37,581 nt of DNA from Candidatus Nomurabacteria bacterium (GTDB taxonomy: Bacteria; Patescibacteriota; Minisyncoccia; Phycocordibacterales; UBA2100), in the NCBI GenBank assembly GCA_943359705.1, contig CALRIB010000001.1, positions 1-37,581 of the forward strand, read 5' to 3'. Below, in pieces: positions 33,235-37,581 of this stretch. A model generated the notes under the pieces. It made no database searches. It had not been told where the DNA came from and worked only from the letters and a program-made list of their open reading frames with translations. Positions within the stretch are counted from its first letter, which is position 1, and the number at the start of each line of letters is the position of its first letter. Made by a program: the position numbers and the translations under genes.

Positions 33235-34497
33235 TTAGCCGAGAGAGGAAAAGAGATGCTCAGCAATGCGGTCGGCGGGAAGGGTCATCTCGGCGCCTGT
33301 CGCCAGGTTCTTCACACTGTATTTGCCGCTCTCCCGCTCTTTGCCGCCCACCGCAATGACGAACGGTATTTTCATTTTGTCGGCATCGCGTATCTGATCG
33401 CCCACGCGTTTTCCTGAGAAGTTTACGGACACAGTTACATCTTCGCGCCGGAGGTCTTGCGCGAGCTTGATGGCAAGACTCGTCGCGTCTTTTTCAACGA
33501 TGGCTATCATCAACTCTGCCGCGGGGGCATATGCGGGCATGAGATTGTGCGTTTCCAAAAAGTGTCGCGCGGTCACGTCGCCCATACCGAATCCGACTGC
33601 AGGAATGGGAGCGCCGCCGAAAAGCGAGAGAAGGTTGTCGTAGCGTCCGCCTCCGAACATCGAACGGCGGTTGGCCTCGTCTGTGTCGAAAACCTCGAAG
33701 ACCATTCCCGTGTAGTAATCGAAGCCACGGGTGATCTTTGTGTCCACTATCATATTGTGCACGCCCATATACTCGAGCTGGCGGCGTAGTTCTTCGAGGT
33801 ACGCCGTCGAGGTAGTACGGTCGAGCTCTTCCAAAAGCGCGGCCGTTTTCTTTTCATCTTTAAGAAGCGCACCGAGCTCCTTATCGAAGTTCTCAAGTTT
33901 CGCGCGGCGGTCGAGGAGGCGGGTTGTCTCTGCTCGCATCCCGTCCTCAACGCCGACCGAGTCGTATATCGTGTTGAGGATGCGACGGTCGGATACGCGA
34001 ATCTCGAAATCGCGTTCTTCCGCGCCGAGGCTTCGGAGAATGCCGTGCGCAATCGCGATTATCTCGGCGTCGGCCTCCACGCCGGCCACGCCCACGATGT
34101 CAGCGTTGAGCTGCCAGTGCTCGCGCAGGCGTCCGCGCTGCGGGCGCTCATAGCGGAAGAGATTGGGCACTGAATACCAGCGCGCGGGGAATGGAATCTC
34201 GCGCACGCGCCCGGCTATCATACGCGCGAGCGTCGGCGTCATTTCGGGGCGAAGCGTCACTTCGCGTTCGCCGCGGTCGGTAAAGGTGTAGGTCTGTTCG
34301 TTGACTATTTCTTCGGAAGTCTTGCCTCGGTAGAGTTCGGAAGATTCGAGCATCGAGGCGCTGTATTCTTCGTAGCCGAAGAGTTCACATATGCGCTCCA
34401 TATGCTCGAAGAGGTAGCGCTGGATAAACTGGTCTTCCGGGTAGAAATCACGCACGCCCTTGTACGGTTCCGTCGATAGCTTTTCGCGCTTTGTCAT
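33235..34497 (-). CDS. hisS: histidine--tRNA ligase
   Basis: Class II motifs incl. FRYERPQRGRLREHWQ and GGGRYDNL, plus an anticodon-binding domain. The ATG at 34497 (MTKREKL...) is preferred over 34515. Confidence 0.95.
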   Translation of the reverse strand: MTKREKLSTEPYKGVRDFYPEDQFIQRYLFEHMERICELFGYEEYSASMLESSELYRGKTSEEIVNEQTYTFTDRGEREVTLRPEMTPTLARMIAGRVREIPFPARWYSVPNLFRYERPQRGRLREHWQLNADIVGVAGVEADAEIIAIAHGILRSLGAEERDFEIRVSDRRILNTIYDSVGVEDGMRAETTRLLDRRAKLENFDKELGALLKDEKKTAALLEELDRTTSTAYLEELRRQLEYMGVHNMIVDTKITRGFDYYTGMVFEVFDTDEANRRSMFGGGRYDNLLSLFGGAPIPAVGFGMGDVTARHFLETHNLMPAYAPAAELMIAIVEKDATSLAIKLAQDLRREDVTVSVNFSGKRVGDQIRDADKMKIPFVIAVGGKERESGKYSVKNLATGAEMTLPADRIAEHLFSSLG

Positions 34498-34504
34498 TCC
34501 ACGT

Positions 34505-34512
34505 ATTATACT
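34505..34512. promoter_or_regulatory. overlapping divergent -10 boxes: TATAAT (minus, hisS) and TATACT (plus, SET gene)
   Basis: ATTATACT at 34505-34512. It lies 7 nt from the hisS ATG and 8 nt from the SET ATG, inside a 23-bp gap. Confidence 0.45.
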
Positions 34513-34520
34513 CACGACCT

Positions 34521-34949
34521 ATGGAAACGACAGCTCTCCCTGTGTTCGTTGGCAAGTCGCGCAAAGGGCTGGGGAAAGGGCTTTTTGCGGCACGAAGCAT
34601 TGAGAAGGGAGAGTACATCGCCGAATACACGGGCACACATATTCCCACACCGTATGCCGACACACTGAAGACGCGGTACCTTTTTGAAATAGACGCGAAG
34701 TGGACGATAGACGGCTCCTCGTCCGACAACGTCGCGCGCTATATCAATCACGCCTGCATGCCGAATTGCGAAGCTCAGATTGAAAGCGGGCGCGTCCACA
34801 TCTTTGCACTGCGCGATATATTCGCGGGCGAAGAGTTTACCATCGATTACGGCGACGAATATTTTGACGAGTTCATCCGCCCGGTCGGATGTAAGTGCGA
34901 CGCGTGCATATTGGCAACGCCGCCGTCTGCGGTATACTCGAGGATATGA
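34521..34949 (+). CDS. minimal SET-domain protein lysine methyltransferase with a post-SET Cys motif
   Basis: GKGLFA, YINHACMPNC (NHxCxPN), EFTIDYG, and post-SET CKCDAC. Confidence 0.88.
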   Translation: METTALPVFVGKSRKGLGKGLFAARSIEKGEYIAEYTGTHIPTPYADTLKTRYLFEIDAKWTIDGSSSDNVARYINHACMPNCEAQIESGRVHIFALRDIFAGEEFTIDYGDEYFDEFIRPVGCKCDACILATPPSAVYSRI

Positions 34950-35323
34950 AGAAGGGAGCCGTCATATTTTGGGTCATTATTCTCCTCCTCGTCGTAGCGG
35001 GCGCAGGCGCGGCCGTTTTCGTAAAGAGCGGGCCGGGTAATCTCGACTCCTTTACGCAGTGCATCAAGGATAGCGGCGTCACCTTTTACGGTGCCTTCTG
35101 GTGCCCGCATTGCCAGCGCACCAAGGCGATGTTCGGCAGCTCTGCGCACCTCTTGCCGTACGTTGAATGTTCGACCCCCGACGGCAAGAGTCAGACACCG
35201 ATTTGCAAAGACAAACAGATTCAGAGTTATCCTACGTGGATGAAGCCCGACGGCTCGAGCATCACCGGTGAGCACACGCTGCAAGAACTGGCCACCTTCA
35301 CCAGCTGCCAACTTCCGCAATAG
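34946..35323 (+). CDS. membrane-anchored thioredoxin-fold protein (VKOR/DsbB-partner type)
   Basis: N-terminal TM, FYGAFWCPHCQRTKAMFG...YVEC...SYPTW. Its ATG overlaps the SET stop codon (ATGA at 34946-34949). Confidence 0.75.
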   Translation: MKKGAVIFWVIILLLVVAGAGAAVFVKSGPGNLDSFTQCIKDSGVTFYGAFWCPHCQRTKAMFGSSAHLLPYVECSTPDGKSQTPICKDKQIQSYPTWMKPDGSSITGEHTLQELATFTSCQLPQ

Positions 35324-35326
35324 GGC

Positions 35327-35866
35327 ATGTACCCCGTAGAGACCATCAATTACTGGCTTTCCGTCGGCGTCGTGCTGATGCAAATCGCCACACTAGCGCT
35401 CCTCGCGCTTTTTCTTTTGCAAAAAAAGATTCCCGACCTGCAGAGTCAGGCGGATTTCATCGGGCGATGGGGTTTGTGGCTCGGATTCTTAGTCACGCTG
35501 GCCGGTTCGGCTATCGCTTTCTTCTACTCAGACGTCTTAGGTTTCGCCGCGTGTTGGCATTGCTGGGTACAACGGGTATTCTTTTGCCCGCAAGTGATTT
35601 TGTTTGCGGTCGCGCTTTGGTACAAGGACAAAAGTGTCGCGAATTACTCCATCGTGCTCTCGATATTCGGGGCTATCGATGCGCTCTATCAACACTACCT
35701 CCAGATGGGCGGTTCAAGCCCGCTCCCGTGTCCCGCGGTTCCGGGTGCCGCGGATTGCGCACAACGATTCCTCTTTGAGTTCGGCTACATTACATTCCCG
35801 CTGATGGCATTCTCACTTTTCGCCTTCCTTATCGTGCTCATGCTCTTTGCCCGACGTTCGCGCTAG
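35327..35866 (+). CDS. DsbB/BdbC-family disulfide bond formation protein
   Basis: Four TM segments. ACWHCWVQRVFFCP aligns with BdbC PCELCWYQRILMYP. Second pair PCPAVPGAADC. Confidence 0.8.
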   Translation: MYPVETINYWLSVGVVLMQIATLALLALFLLQKKIPDLQSQADFIGRWGLWLGFLVTLAGSAIAFFYSDVLGFAACWHCWVQRVFFCPQVILFAVALWYKDKSVANYSIVLSIFGAIDALYQHYLQMGGSSPLPCPAVPGAADCAQRFLFEFGYITFPLMAFSLFAFLIVLMLFARRSR

Positions 35867-35910
35867 TACCTCATCGCGATAAAAAGTGGGTGTTGTATGC
35901 TTTTGGACAT

Positions 35911-37581
35911 ATGAACACGTCGTGGGGTCTCGCGCCGCGAGTCGCGCCATTTGTGGCGATGCTCCTATTCGTCGTTAGTGTTGGCGTGGCGCTTGCTGAT
36001 CAGAACGGGGCGCCGGGCGGTCCCGGCGGTGGGGGAGCTTCGCTTACTCTGGATTCGTTCCCCACGGTCAACATCGCGAACGCGAGTGCCGTTACTCTGT
36101 CCGGTACATGTTCGACCAACGGCACCGACGTCTCCGTATCGGTAAGCGCGATCTCGGGGACGTCTCCCTGTGCTTCAAATGTGTGGAGCGTGACACTCGA
36201 TCTCAGTTCGCTTTCCGACGGTACGCTCACGGCGACCGCGACGCACGATATCGCGTCTGCGACGTTGAACGCGCCCAAAGACACCGACGACCCCAACCTC
36301 CATACCTATGCCAACGTGCCCTCTCCCACAAAAGACACAACACCGAATTACACTTTCTTTAGTACTGAAGCCGGAACCATCACCTTGTTCGGTGATTGCA
36401 GCAGCGCCGACACGGTAGCTCAAGACAACGACAACACCACCATCACGTTCAACACGCTGTCGGAGGGAAAGCACTCGAACTGTTCGATACGGGTCACGGA
36501 TGCCGCGGGGAACTTGAGTGACGCGGGCGGCGTGCTCAACATCAAAGCGTTCGTTATCGATGCGACGCCGCCCGTGGGCACCGTCACACTCTCCGCACCC
36601 GGACCATTCAAGAGTGGGGACTCGGTCACCGTTAATGCGGTATTCAACGAGGACGTTGGAGCCAGTGCTGGCGGCGTTGACCCCTCGCTCAGCATTTCCG
36701 GTGTTGCGACGCTCGCGTCTACGACCATGACCCAGACCTCCCTGGCCGATCCCAGGACGTATGCTTATCTTTATACGGTCGGCTCCGGCGACGGGACGGC
36801 GAACGTGCTCGTGGGAGGCGCGAACGATCTGGCTCTCAATGAAATGGCTCCGCAGGCCGTTTCGTTCACTGTCGACAACACCGCTCCGGTGATCACTATT
36901 ACGAACCCATCAACGATTCCCGCACAAACGAAGACGTTTACCGCATCGGCTTCGGACGGCACATTTGAACAGAGTGTCACGACCGGCGCTACCTGCGACG
37001 GTACGCTCACGTTCTCGTCGTACTCCTCGACCGCCTTCACGTCCGAATCTGATAACGGCAAAAAGATCTGCTATCGCTCGACCGACACCGCTGGCAATGT
37101 TTCGTATTCGCTTTCGAGTACGATAGCGGGCATCGATACAACGGCGCCCACGCTCGCTGAGATCAATCCCGTCGTGACCCCAGAAAATGACACCACTCCG
37201 GATTACACGTTCAGTTCGACGGAAGCCGGCACGATCGCGTACGCCGGTGACTGCTCAAGCACGACGACTGCGGCGGCAAGTGGGAACAACACCATAACGT
37301 TCGCAACGCTCAGCGAGGCAACTCATTCGAATTGCACCGTCAAAGTGACTGATGCGGCAGGCAATCAAAGCTCCGCGCTCGCTGTCCACTCATTCATCGT
37401 CGATACGACCGCTCCGGTCATCACGCTCAGTGGTCTTGCAACGATGGGAATTGCTGTCGGTGGTTCATATGTGGAGCCGGGGGCGAGTGCTTCCGATGCA
37501 GTAGACGGGAGCGACACAGTCGTCATCGCGGGCTCGGTCAACAACACTTCTCCCGGTTCATACCAGCTTACCTACAATGCG
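35911..37581 (+). CDS. large secreted surface protein with repeated Ig-like modules (3' partial, runs off window end; absent from the ORF track)
   Basis: I translated 557 codons by hand from the ATG at 35911 and met no stop. Signal peptide VAPFVAMLLFVVSVGVALA. Repeated module DTTPxYTFxSTEAGTI...GDCSS...NNTITF.TLSE..HSNC...VTDAAGN. The last segment resembles DUF5011-type Ig domains. Confidence 0.75.
   Translation, partial: MNTSWGLAPRVAPFVAMLLFVVSVGVALADQNGAPGGPGGGGASLTLDSFPTVNIANASAVTLSGTCSTNGTDVSVSVSAISGTSPCASNVWSVTLDLSSLSDGTLTATATHDIASATLNAPKDTDDPNLHTYANVPSPTKDTTPNYTFFSTEAGTITLFGDCSSADTVAQDNDNTTITFNTLSEGKHSNCSIRVTDAAGNLSDAGGVLNIKAFVIDATPPVGTVTLSAPGPFKSGDSVTVNAVFNEDVGASAGGVDPSLSISGVATLASTTMTQTSLADPRTYAYLYTVGSGDGTANVLVGGANDLALNEMAPQAVSFTVDNTAPVITITNPSTIPAQTKTFTASASDGTFEQSVTTGATCDGTLTFSSYSSTAFTSESDNGKKICYRSTDTAGNVSYSLSSTIAGIDTTAPTLAEINPVVTPENDTTPDYTFSSTEAGTIAYAGDCSSTTTAAASGNNTITFATLSEATHSNCTVKVTDAAGNQSSALAVHSFIVDTTAPVITLSGLATMGIAVGGSYVEPGASASDAVDGSDTVVIAGSVNNTSPGSYQLTYNA

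Noticed and set aside
34498-34520. T-box leader upstream of hisS.
   Set aside because: Only 23 bp (or less) separate hisS from the divergent SET gene, so there is no room for a ~200-nt T-box.
36340-37375. Diversity-generating retroelement (template/variable repeat pair) in the surface protein repeats.
   Set aside because: The two ~185-nt repeats differ at all base types, not selectively at adenines. No reverse transcriptase or accessory gene is present in the window.

Overview
This is a gene-dense 37.6-kb chromosomal window, roughly high-50s %GC by eye, with short genes on both strands.

**Likely source (inference only).** The content fits a reduced-genome Patescibacteria/CPR-type bacterium:
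- a stand-alone TM-anchored family-5 solute-binding protein
- TM-anchored PaaX-like and TrpR/YerC-like mini-regulators
- a class II ribonucleotide reductase (RNR)
- an O-antigen-ligase/TPR protein next to MurJ
- a minimal SET-domain protein
- Pro/Thr-rich and Ig-repeat surface proteins
- almost no metabolic genes

**Calls.**
- About 45 CDS, including rnj, secG, groES/groL, lemA, htpX, nrdJ, murJ, lepA, hisS, an MsbA-like ABC exporter, hxlR, a glutaredoxin-like gene and a DsbB/thioredoxin pair.
- Four tRNAs: Ser-GGA, Gly-CCC, Arg-CCU and Phe-GAA.
- A type-A RNase P RNA.
- Several hairpin terminators and promoter or operator-like sites.
- I saw no rRNA, CRISPR array, transposase, integrase or reverse transcriptase.
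- A long ORF at 35911-37581 is missing from the supplied track because it runs off the window end.

**Most interesting signals.**
1. Two unrelated small DNA-binding regulator genes are each bracketed end-to-end by a private pair of near-identical palindromic motifs. The PaaX-like gene also has an orphan antisense promoter beside it.
2. tRNA-Phe has a covaried non-canonical D/T-loop elbow (A18/G55). Its last 20 nt are repeated 161 bp downstream, around a hairpin-rich 141-nt insert.
3. A -10 box of form (TGn)TAnnnT sits 6-8 nt before the ATG of at least 17 genes, which implies mostly leaderless mRNAs and refines many start codons.
4. A minimal SET methyltransferase gene is translationally coupled to an oxidative-folding pair, directly upstream of a giant surface protein.
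5. A 20-bp GC palindrome occurs once in-frame inside a CDS and once as a terminator.

All functional readings are hypotheses. No database search or folding computation was run.
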